Of a stretch of DNA of 64,000 bases, positions 1 through 11,300 are shown piece by piece. The position numbers and the translations under genes are program-made. Under the pieces are notes generated by a model that was not told the DNA's origin, did not search any database, and saw only the letters and a list, made by a program, of their open reading frames with translations. Position 1 is the first letter of the stretch. Every line of letters starts with the position of its first letter. This stretch comes from Macrostomum lignano (lineage: Eukaryota). Where the stretch lies: positions 57,364 through 121,363 of the forward strand of contig NIVC01003065.1 in the NCBI GenBank assembly GCA_002269645.1, written 5' to 3'.

Positions 1-124
1 CAGAAGGTGCCAATGAGCAGCAGCAGGCAGATGCTCACAGTGACACCAATCCATAGTACAGTGCGTCTAGGTTTCAGCCGCTTGTCAGACAGTGGGATCA
101 GGGCGACGTACTCGCGTTCTGAGT
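1..124 (-). CDS. TMEM106: TMEM106-family protein, coding exon 2 (continues beyond window start)
   Basis: The minus strand after a ccag acceptor (125-127) reads (D)SEREYVALIPLSDKRLKPRRTVLWIGVTVSICLLLLIGTF. This matches the TMEM106B signature ALIPYSDQRLRPRRT plus the TM helix. Phase 1 fits exon 1. Confidence 0.9.
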
Positions 125-760
125 CTGGGTTGAATGTAGTACAAGTAAACAAACTTTTACAGTAAATGAACATATCAAGTATGTAAAATGCAAAATATTG
201 AAAAAGGAAAACATGCAAATAAAGATTAATATTATTCTTTAAAATTAACTTAGTGTTTATAATTTCTGATCAGGTTTCTTTTATCTAGACTACTTATAGT
301 AAGTAGTTTTGCGGATTATATGAGTATTTTAAAGTTATAAAATAAGAATATAGGTGAATAATAATATTAGTATTAAAAATTCAAACATTAATTCTTACCT
401 GTTAGTGATGTGAAATTCATTGAATATGCCTTCTAATATTGATTGACTCTTAACATTTTTTAAATTACTGGATGGGAAATCCTTGTTTTTTCTTCCCATT
501 ATACTTAGCTTGTACGAGTATATAAAACAGATATAAATAAAGCTAAATAAAAATTATCACTTTTTTTAGCATATAAATTTCTTTATTTCTCCTTCATCTT
601 TATTTATTGGAAATAGGATTAGCATAAAGGTTAAATAATGCTAGACAGTTCCTTAAAGAAAAATGGGATTCAACAAGTTATCTAAATATACTATACTTAT
701 CTAATAATTAATATAGATATATTTATTAACTATCTAAAGCAACCACAATAAAAAGAGCAC

Positions 761-1000
761 TGTGAACTTAAGAGACTAAATGGAGCCCAAAATATTTGGT
801 CCCAATTTCTCCATGCCAATCCCTACATTTGGAGCCAAATAGCTCCTGTTATGCCTAAAACTGACCACTTTAGAATTCGGGGATCTCTGTGGGGAGAAAT
901 GGGGATTTCATGTGAACTTAAGACTTTAGAATGGAGTCTGAAGCATTGGGTCCCAGTTTCTCTATGCCAATCCTTTCATTTGGAGCTTCAAATGCTTAAA
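761..1000. repeat. Diverged ~150-bp direct duplication
   Basis: tgtgaacttaaga...tggag...tgggtccca..ttctc.atgccaatcc...atttggagc occurs at ~762 and again at ~911. Confidence 0.6.
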
Positions 1001-1054
1001 TAACGAAATGACCATGATAAATGCTCTTTTTATATGTTTGTATGAAGGAATGAA

Positions 1055-2590
1055 TTGCGCGACTTCGTGAACGCACCCGCGTCACCGCTGCCTGCTAGTT
1101 TTGCGCTCCCACTGGACACGCCGCTCCCAGATGAGGAGGACTTCTGCACCAGACCAGTCACCACGGAGGACGTTGTGCTTTTCGCTCGGAAAGCATCAGG
1201 CGGCAAGGCGCTCGGCCCCGACGAAGTTCCGGTCGAAGTGCTGCGGCTCCCCTGTGTGGCCTCCCAGGTCACAGGCGTCATGAACCGCGTGCTCGCCGGC
1301 GCTCCTGCGCGGCCTGCGCCCACCGAGTGGACCGTCGCACACATCGTGCTGATCCCGAAGAAGGCAGGGACAACGCGGAAAGAAGACCACCGCGGGATCT
1401 CGCTGATGTCCTGTACGGCAAAGCTCTTCAACCGGCTGCTGCTCGATCGCCTGCAGTCGGTGCTGGACCCATACCTGCGGTACGAGCAGAACGGATTCCG
1501 GCCGCAACGCGGTACAGTGACACAGATCCTCGCACTCCGCCGTGTCATCGAGGAGGCGCACATCCGCCCAGTCTACGCTGATCATTGTCTTCGTTGACTT
1601 TCGAAAGACGTTTGACTCGGTGTCGTCGCTTCCCTTCGACCTTCGATCCTACCGGGTCCCGCATCAGCTAATCGACCCTGTATTGCGATACTCGAGCTGC
1701 TGTGGTGACGGCGGATGGCCTGTCTGACCTGTTCGATACTTCATTGGGAGTTCTGCAAGGCGACACGCTAGCACCGTTTCTCTTTGTGCTGCTGCTGGAC
1801 TGGGTGCTTCGGACTGCACTCCCCTCGGCTGACGACGGCTTCCTATTGCGCAGACGCATCGGTCGACGCTACGGCGAAAAGCGCCTGAGCGTGCTTGGCT
1901 ACGCCGACGACCTCGCCCTTCTGTCCTCGTCCGTTGAAGGTGCCCAGCGCCAGATCGACAGGCTGGTCGAGGTGGCATCGAGAGTCGGTCTGGTTGTCAA
2001 CACGCTGAAGACCGAGGTGCTGACTGTGCCGGCCGACATCCCAGCGGACCTGACCTGCCGCAGCGCAGACAGGCAGACGACCAGGCTCGCACGCTGTCAG
2101 CGGTTCACCTACCTCAGCGGTCTGGTGCCTCACGTGGAGGAAGACCTCCGGCGGCGCAGAGGACTAGCCTGGGCGGCCTTCCGTTCGATCCGGGCCGTCG
2201 TCCAGTCCGAGACGTGGACGCTGACGGCTACGCTGGAGCGACAGCTGGACTCAACGCACTCATGGCTGCTCCGTGCGGCCTTTCGAGCTGACCAGAGCGT
2301 CGGGACCGAGGCCCTGTACGATCGGGCCAAGCTGCAGCGCCCGTCCACCATCCTGCGCCGGCGGCCACTTCAACTGGCGGGCCACGTGATCCGGGCCGAG
2401 GGCTACTGCCCCCAACCTGTTCAGGACGTTCTGCTGTTCACCTTGCAGGGCCCGTTCAGGCGGGGTCAGGCCTGAACCCGTCGATACATGGACTGCCTCC
2501 TACGCGACGCCGGGGCGCCAGACACTGCCAACGGGGCAAGCTTTGTGAATTTGCTTGTGGGGCTGCGTAATTTGTTGTTGTTGTTGTAAT
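1055..2590 (+). mobile_element. 5'-truncated, frameshifted RTE-clade non-LTR retrotransposon (reverse transcriptase)
   Basis: Motifs are GKALGPDEVP, LIPKKAG, RGISLMSCTAKLFNRLL, EQNGFRPQRGT, FVDFRKTFDSV, GVLQGDTLAPFLF and LGYADDLALL. There is a frameshift near 1570-1700 and a (TTG)n 3' tail at 2572-2586. It is GC-rich against AT-rich flanks and lies in the TMEM106 intron. Confidence 0.9.
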
Positions 2591-3276
2591 GATAGTTCCG
2601 TGAGTAGTAAATGTGGTTCTTTAAATCAAGAGACAATGTTAGAGCTGACATAGTGCAAAATGCAAGATATGTGTGTGCTTTTTTCGACTCAGCTGGAGAT
2701 GTACTGCTTTTTGTATCTAAAACCCTAACCTGTTTCCGGACATTTCCAAAGGAAATATAATTGAATGAATTCACTCTTGGTGACTTTGGTGTTTTTGATC
2801 CACTGTTGCAAGGAAAGAAGCTAATGCTGCTTGTTGGTGACCATACATATTCTATTGGCCCAAAAGGGACTGTCACCATGCACAGACTTGCGCCTACTCT
2901 TCTACGCTTCTCACAAGAATGCCAATGTTATCAAGAAAATGGCTTTGGTTAATAGTCACAGTCATATTAACTACTAATACCTGATGACTGGTTCAATCTC
3001 ACTAGCGCTTGGAGATTGGAATCTAGTTGTACTGCAAGTGAAGATGGAATCAGATAAGGTAATTGAGCCCAATCTCCTGCACCTTCTTTGCTGTGCCTCA
3101 AGGGACTATCACATTGTTGCCATGTTTGACAAAGGCTATTATTGCCAACCCTGCTCTCCTACCAATATCAATTTTGTTGACTTTGTACATTAGGCAAGTG
3201 AAGGAATAATGCTTTTAATGTTTTCTCACTGGCTCAGGGCCTATGAAATGTAGATAACCACTGCACCTATAATTAT

Positions 3277-4540
3277 TTGTGGATTATGGAAAGAAGTCCT
3301 CTTGCCCCAACTCTGGCCAATCTGTGTTTAGCCCACTGGGAGAAAGAATGGATGGCTCTTGACTGTGCTCCTACTTTTTACAAGGGCTATGTTGATAATA
3401 CTTTTGCTGTTTTTGATAACCATGCTAAGCATGTTGAGTTTTTAAATGCATTAAATTCTACTCATGAAAATATTAAGTTTACTATTGAGATAGGAAAGAA
3501 TAAGAAGCTTCCTTTTTGGATGTTAAAGTTGATCTTAGTAGTGACTTGATTTCTACTAAAGTGTATTGCAAACCACCTTTTACTGGCCTTTTGCTGAACT
3601 ACAATGCTCTTTGTCCAAGGCAGTGGAAACTTGGTCTGATCAAGTGCATGCTTCATCAGGCTTTCTCTATCTGCAGCTGCTGGCTGAGCTTTTATCGTGA
3701 GGTTGAAACTCTGTCAATTTTTTCTTTCCAACAGTTATCCCAAAAATTGCTGGACTATATGATCAATAGTTTTGTCAGTGAGAAAGTTACTGGAAAGAGC
3801 AAGTCTAAGCGCAATGAAGATGCAAACACAAATTATCCTTTGATTGTTCTTCCTTTTCTTGGCCTTCCATCGATGCAGTTCAAGAAGAGACCAGAAAAAC
3901 TGTTTTGGAAAGGGTTTGAATGTTGCATGAGAATTGTCTTTCATACTAACAAGATTAGCCAATACGTGACCAAGCTGAAGTCCTCTGTTCCTTAGGCTCT
4001 ATGTGCTGGTGTTGTCTATAAATTTAACTGCTCCAGTGATTAGAGCATTTCTTACATTGGAAAAACTAAAAATTTGGAAAAACTAAGACACTTGCACACC
4101 AGGGCCAGAGAACATTGGCTAAAAACTCAGCCATATATGAACACCTTCTTGGCTGTGATTAGTGCTGTAGGAGTGAGCCTATTGATTTATTTAACATTAT
4201 TGATTGCAGCAACTCTGATTTTAAAATAACTATTCTTGAAGCTTTGCAAATTAAGAAACAGAATCCTAGTTTGAACATGCAACTTACATACAGTGGTGCA
4301 GGCCACCTTCTGAGGGTGTTCTAGACTGCACTCTTTACTTGGACTCTGACTGGCCCTGATTTGCTCACTAGCCCTAGCCCATTTTGATATGAACTTGTAC
4401 AGTGAAATTTAATCCCCTATTGGTATTTTGTACACTTTGCAATAATTACCTATTTAATTTTGTGAAATTTCACTTGCAATAAAATAAAATAAAATTGTTG
4501 CTTGAAAATGGTCCATGTTAACCAAAACACATTGCAAATT
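3277..4540 (+). mobile_element. Degenerate Penelope-like retroelement (RT + GIY-YIG endonuclease + 3' pLTR)
   Basis: RT motifs are SPLAPTLANL, YKGYVDNTF (decayed YVDD), LPF/LDV and YCKPPFTGLLLNY. The GIY-YIG part reads GVVYKFNCSS..SYIGKT..RHLHTRAREH...ILEALQIKKQNPSLN, with in-frame stops and frameshifts; ORF stop at ~4323. Confidence 0.88.
4498..4537 (+). ncRNA. Decayed minimal type-I hammerhead ribozyme at the PLE 3' end
   Basis: TTGC-TTGAAAA-TGGTccatgttaACCA-AAAC-ACATT-GCAA has the stem I / CUGANGA / stem II / GAAAC / short stem III layout with core transitions. It lies just after AATAAA. Confidence 0.55.
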
Positions 4541-6084
4541 TAGGAAAAACTACATTTAATTTTGATTTTAAGCTTTCTATCTTCTAATCATCTAAAATTT
4601 TCATTTATAGCCACAATTTATTGTGTATTCTTTTTCTGGCCTACCACCTCAGCCTAGTCTTCCAATCTTGCCTACACTAAAAAAGTTTGCCAACCCCTGA
4701 TCTAAAGCATATATTGGTAAACTTTGGCTTCTATCTCTCTTTATTTCCCTTGGGTTTTTTAAAAACCATTCTTCTCTTTTTTCTTTTCTTGTTTCATCTT
4801 TTCTCTCCTTTCTCGTCTTCTCTTTTATCTTTCCTCTTTTTCATCTCATCTCTGCTTTCTCCTCTCTACTTTTCTCTCTTGTTTCTGTTTTCTTCTTTTT
4901 ATACTATTTTTTTTTCATCTTTGCTTTTGCATCTCCTTTTTCTCCATTGCTCTTTTATCTTTCTTCTTTTTTTTCGTCTCTTTTTTCTACCTTTTGCTTT
5001 TACAACTCTCCTCTTTCCTCTATTCTGACTTCTCTTATCTTCAATAAAATTGATTAAATAATTAAAAAATGAAAAAAGCAAAGAAAATAACATTCTATTG
5101 GCTAGGCTAAGTTGTAGGATAAGGCTAATAGGGATATTTTTATATTTTATTTTATTGAATTTTAAGTTATTGATAAATTTAAACTTTATCATATAATTAT
5201 AGTTTAGGACTAACATAGAACTAACAAATATAAAAAACTAAAAAATTCTATACCAAATAGCCCATACTCAGGAAGGTATACATTATGGTGGAAAATTCTG
5301 GTGCAGATCAACCAAAAGGTGCCCGAATTGGCGCACACAGCACACAAGAAAGGCTTAATAGAAATTTTATGCACACAGTGGCACATAGCAAAAGCTGATC
5401 AGAAAAATGTAGCTTACAATGGGTCACCTAAATGTATTATCTGCATATGCAGTGCATAAAATAAGCTTTTAGATTATGTTTTTTCAAATCATATCAATTA
5501 AAAAATAGTTTCTTGGTAAGTAAAACAAATAATAAAACTCAAAATAGGATTTTACCATAAAGTTTAAGCTAATTCTTTTAATCCAATTAAAAAAGCCTAC
5601 AAAAGGTATAAAAAATTATCTGTTTTTTACTCTTATTTTAATTGGACTTTTACCAAGTTTTTATTGCTACAGCACATTAAGTACTCTAGCTATGAATTTG
5701 TCAATAAACAAATGTAGGCCTTGGTGCACAAATTCATATTTAGCTTTGCACACAGTGCATACTCCAAAAAATGCTAAAATATATTCTCGGGCACATGTGA
5801 CACTTTCTTGAGTGTGGCAAATAGTTAAGTATATTTGTTATTCAACAAAAAGGTAAGCCATGTCAAGTACTGCCATGTCATATTATACAAGCCCTAGGCT
5901 AACCTTGCTTAGTCTAGGACTAAGATTAAGATCAAAAGAAGAATATCTAGCTAGGCCTAGATAAAACTTTTATACATTTTTTTAAATCATTGAATCTAAC
6001 ATAGAAAATCAATAAATTCAATAACTTAAATTCAGGTTACACAGCAATAAGTTTCTTACAACCAGAGAATTGTATAAAATTTAC

Positions 6085-6199
6085 CTCGAGGTACTTTTCC
6101 AGTTCCATTGCATGTTGGACAGTTCACTCCAGTAACTAGCTCTTCATATTGGGGCATACTATGATTGACAGAATCATTCTCTAAGCTGGAAGATTGCAT
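6085..6199 (-). CDS. TMEM106: TMEM106-family protein, coding exon 1
   Basis: ATG at 6199 gives MQSSSLENDSVNHSMPQYEELVTGVNCPTCNGTGKVPR, then G|GTAAAT donor. CPTCxGTG is the TMEM106 CxxCxGxG motif. The phase-1 join to the exon at 124 is in frame. Confidence 0.9.
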
Positions 6200-8269
6200 T
6201 TTCAAAATTTTATTTATATTAAGTATATTTACTAAGAAATAATCCTTTATACTACTGATTACGTAGCGTTTTCTACTTTTCTATATAAAAGTTTATAGAA
6301 GTAGCTCTGAGCCTTTATTGCTTTAACGACAAAATACAAACAATAAGTGAATAACTGCCTACGACTATCCACTAGAAACTGTTAACCGGTGAGTTTATTG
6401 CTTCAAGTTTATTTTAAATAGGCTTCTCAAAATTTTTTTTCGCTCAGTCCTCAGTTACTTTAACATCGTCTTAAATTGTTATTCTATAAAACACCATCGT
6501 GATCGTGGTTACCAACTAAACTTAAAAATTTATGTCTGCTTTCGAAGAAAAACTATACTTTTGAATTTTAAAGTTATAAAGTTTAACAAATATGAACTAT
6601 GAATTTTCGTTAATAACTTACTCTAAATATAAAATTTTACTACGAGCAGAGAGAAATTAAGTTATTTTTTTTTTAAAGAATTTATTGAAATATTTTAAAA
6701 TTCTAGCAACCTTTCGCAATTCCTTTACCTGTATACAGACAATAATTATGTTAATTTGTAGTGAACTTGTACTAAACCTTCACTAACTTACCGACCGTAT
6801 GCAGACAAAATTTCATTCTAGAAATTTTCGCTACAAGTTCTGGCAAAACTAACTAACATGTAGATATAAAGCACTCGCAATCAAACGGTTCTCACTTTCC
6901 GCCCTACCTTGAGAGCTCTAGTCAACAAACCTAAGAACCTTCACGCCTCGTTTATTTTGTTTGCTCCCTACAAATTTCGTTGATATCCTATTTGGTGATA
7001 TGATTGTTTACCAAGTATACGCTCATACTTCCCGTCAAAACCCCAACAATGATTTTTACATATTAGAGGGGCTAGGGAGGGTACATGTGTAGTCGCACTT
7101 TATTTTGAAATAGATATTCCAATAATTGAGCTATCATTACAATCCTACTCAATCCTATTGAGTAGTCCTTTAATTACATATGATTCCAATTGTACCACTA
7201 CCATGCACAATCAAAACTTCAAAGACCCGAACGTGGCCTTGAAATAATTAAAATTAAAAACAGTAATGCGCCTTTAGCAGAAACATTTTTATCGACAGTT
7301 TTGCAATAAAGGTATGTAATTGCACTTGAAAAGCACTCTCTTTTATAAATCAAGTTGATATTAAAAAGCCTAAAGTTAGATATTGAAAAATAGACGATTT
7401 TTGTTAAATAGAAATCAAAAAGTATTTAGTTGAAAAAATCTGCTAGAAGAGATTTTGGCGCAAATGGTGCGCCAAATATTTTTATTCTTAGTTTAAGTCT
7501 GTTGTTTCCTCTGATAATTAATTGAATTCATTTTACAGTACGAATTGTTGGTTCCGTTAAAATGATGAGAAGCTGTCGAAAAATAGCTAGGGCTTCAATA
7601 AAAAATAGATGCTGAAAATATATATGGTAATTGTGTAAGAAAAGGACGAAGGACTATACTAACAATATAGCTATTGAGTATCAAGCGCTCCTATTTAAGC
7701 ATACTGTCTAGTCTGTCTATATGCCTATGGTATTGTCAAGGACCAATCCTTGGGTATTGTGTTGCATGTCACATCCCCCCCGATCGCTTGCACATGGTGC
7801 AGGTGTTTATGGTATTTTTGTTGCATGTGAATATCTCCCATATAATTTAAAAACCAAAAGTTTACAAAAATCGATTATTGTCATAAACGTGCGACATGAA
7901 AAGTAAGAAAATTGGTTGTGCAGATTAACAAAAATCAGTTTAAACACAGGAAAAATCTACTCAACAAGCTAGAGAACGATCGACCAGCGGTGAATACGAT
8001 TGTACAATATTATAACAAAACTGGTCATGTAAATGAAATAAATAGTATAGGTACACAGAAGAATAAATAGAGATAGAGCTTTATAACTGTGTTCCTTATA
8101 TATATATATAGGTTAGAAAAGGAAAAATACCATAAAAACTGAGATTACAAACTTCTGTCCAAGAAGGTGTCCGTAAAAATGTTCTTTAATTTCCTTTTTT
8201 CCTCCGAGTCTCTCTATTCGGACGGTTTTATAAACTATAGGAATTCCATCAAGTGACGTCATGGGTAAA

Positions 8270-8349
8270 TCAGAAGTAGGTCAGATCTCTGGTGTCGTGC
8301 CTGCCGAACTGTCTCAGACTGATGTCACCTTCGGGATCGGCTGGTGGCT
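8270..8349 (-). CDS. ANO: Anoctamin last exon
   Basis: After a tttttag acceptor it reads (E)[25 protein letters not shown]-stop. Confidence 0.75.
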
Positions 8350-11300
8350 CTAAAAACATAAAGAGAAAAACATATTAGTTTCAATTGACATTATTGAGAT
8401 CATTAGTTTTGGTAGCAAACAACAGTTGTAGGCAGATAGAAGTTGACAGACACTGCAATTTTGACAAAAAATTATAGTAGATTTTTTAATTACTATACGA
8501 GCGCGTAAATTTTTGTATACGATCCCTACTTATAAACAGATCGACAAGTGAAAACGGTTTTATAGCACATCTATATTCAATGAAAAGTAAATTTCTATTG
8601 ATAATAATCTATTAATCAAAGAGTACAGAATGAAAGCTTTCAGTGATAAAAATAGGTCACTTATAGACTTTATGGGGGTCACTGTGGTGGAAGGCACTGC
8701 AGGATCAAGGAGAGTCACTAGCGGGAAGGCACTGAAGGATCAAGGAGAGTCACTGGCGGCAAGGCACTGAAGGATCAAGGAGAGTCACTTGCGGGAAGGC
8801 ACTGAAGGAACAAGGAGAGTCACTTGCGGGAAGGCACTCCAGGATCAAGGAGAGTCACTTGCGGGAAGGCACTGCAGGATCAAAGGGGGGTCACTGGAAG
8901 GAAGGCACTGAAGGATCAAGGAGAGTCACTGGCGGGAAGGCACTCCAGGATCAAAGGGGGGTCACTGGAAGGAAGGCACTGAAGGATCAAGGAGAGTCAC
9001 TGGCGGGAAGGCACTGCAGGATCAAGGAGAGTCACTGGCGGGAAGGCACTGAAGGATCAAGGAGAGTCACTGGCGGGAAGGCACTGAAGGATCAAGGAGA
9101 GTCACTGGCGGGAAGGCACTGCAGGAACAAGGAGAGTCACTGGCGGGAAGGCACTGAAGGATCAAGGAGAGTCACTGGCGGGAAGGCACTGCAGGATCAA
9201 GGAGAGTCACTGGCGAGAAGGCACTGAAGGATCAAGGAGTCACTGGCGAGAAGGCACTAAAGGATCAAGGAGAGTCACTGGCGGGAAGGCACTGAAGGAT
9301 CAAGGAGAGTCACTTGCGGGAAGGCACTGCAGGATCAAGGAGAGTCACTGGCGAGAAGGCACTGAAGGATCAAGGAGAGTCACTGGCGGGAAGGCACTGA
9401 AGGATCAAGGAGAGTCACTGGCGGGAAGGCACTGAAGGATCAAGGAGAGTCACTGGCGGGAAGGCACTGAAGGATCAAGGAGAGTCACTGGCGGGAAAGC
9501 ACTGCAGGATCAAGGAGAGTCACTGGCGGGAAGGCACTGCAGGATCAAGGAGAGTCACTGGCGGGAAGGCACTCCAGGATCAAGGAGAGTCACTGGCGGG
9601 AAGGCACTGCAGGATCAAAGGGGGGTCACTGGAAGGAAGGCACTGAAGGATCAAGGAGAGTCACTGGCGGGAAGGCACTGCAGGATCAAGGAGAGTCACT
9701 GGCGGGAAGGCACTGAAGGATCAAGGAGAGTCACTGGCGGGAAGGCACTGAAGGATCAAGGAGAGTCACTGGCGGGAAGGCACTGCAGGATCAAGGAGAG
9801 TCACTGGCGGGAAGGCACTGAAGGATCAAGGAGAGTCACTTGCGGGAAGGCACTGAAGGAACAAGGAGAGTCACTTGCGGGAAGGCACTCCAGGATCAAG
9901 GAGAGTCACTTGCGGGAAGGCACTGAAGGATCAAGGAGAGTCACTTGCGGGAAGGCGCTGCAGGATCAAGGAGAGTCACTTGCGGGAAGGCACTGAAGGA
10001 TCAAGGAGAGTCACTTGCGGGAAGGCACTCCAGGATCAAGGAGAGTCACTTGCGGGAAGGCACTGCAGGATCAAAGGGGGGTCACTGGAAGGAAGGCACT
10101 GAAGGATCAAGGAGAGTCACTGGCGGGAAGGCACTCCAGGATCAAGGAGAGTCACTGGCGGGAAGGCACTCCAGGATCAAGGAGAGTCACTGGCGGGAAG
10201 GCACTGCAGGATCAAGGAGAGTCACTGGCGGGAAGGCACTGAAGGATCAAGGAGAGTCACTGGCGGGAAGGCACTGAAGGATCAAGGAGAGTCACTGGCG
10301 GGAAGGCACTGCAGGATCAAGGAGAGTCACTGGCGGGAAGGCACTGAAGGATCAAGGAGAGTCACTGGCGGGAAGGCACTGCAGGATCAAGGAGAGTCAC
10401 TGGCGAGAAGGCACTGAAGGATCAAGGAGTCACTGGCGAGAAGGCACTAAAGGATCAAGGAGAGTCACTGGCGGGAAGGCACTGAAGGATCAAGGAGAGT
10501 CACTTGCGGGAAGGCACTGCAGGATCAAGGAGAGTCACTGGCGAGAAGGCACTGAAGGATCAAGGAGAGTCACTGGCGGGAAAGCACTGCAGGATCAAAG
10601 AGAGTCACTGGCGGGAAGGCACTGAAGGATCAAGGAGAGTCACTGGCGGGAAGGCACTGAAGGATCAAGGAGAGTCACTGGCGGGAAAGCACTGCAGGAT
10701 CAAGGAGAGTCACTGGCGGGAAGGCACTGCAGGATCAAGGAGAGTCACTGGCGGGAAGGCACTGCAGGATCAAGGAGAGTCACTGGCGGGAAGACACTGC
10801 AGGATCAAGGAGAGTCACTGGCGGGAAGGCACTGCAGGATCAAGGAGAGTCACTGGCGGGAAGGCACTGCAGGATCAAGGAGAGTCACTGGCGGGAAGAC
10901 ACTGAAGGATCAAGGAGAGTCACTGGCGGTAAGGCACTGAAGGATCAAAGAGAGTCACTGGCGGGAAGGCACTGCAGGATCAAGGAGAGTCACTGGCGGG
11001 AAGGCACTGCAGGATCAAAGGGGGGTCACTGGAAGGAAGGCACTGCAGGATCAAGGAGAGTCACTGATTGCCAACAAAAACGATAGCATTAGCTAGCTAA
11101 ACATGAATCTGAAATGCACTGCCAGACCAGGTGATCCCAGATACTCTGGAATGGCATTGAGGCCTCCAGCTGACGGTGGCGGCTTTACAGGGTGCAGAAT
11201 TCGTTCGCCTTTCTTGGAGCCTGTCAGTTAAAGTGCAGAGCAGCGCGCAGAGGGTTAGGGTAAAATAGTGTAAGCATCTATAAGCTTTTGTTATTAAACT

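Noticed and set aside
2975-3020. CTGATGA upstream of the PLE as a second hammerhead
   Set aside because: No stem II followed by GAAA in a usable position.
4687-5216. Phe/Leu-rich and Lys-rich ORFs
   Set aside because: Low-complexity pyrimidine tract with no domain signal or splice context.
8859-10905. Multiple 75-133 aa ORFs in the 35-bp array
   Set aside because: The unit length is not a multiple of 3, so these are frame-shifting satellite artefacts inside an ANO intron.
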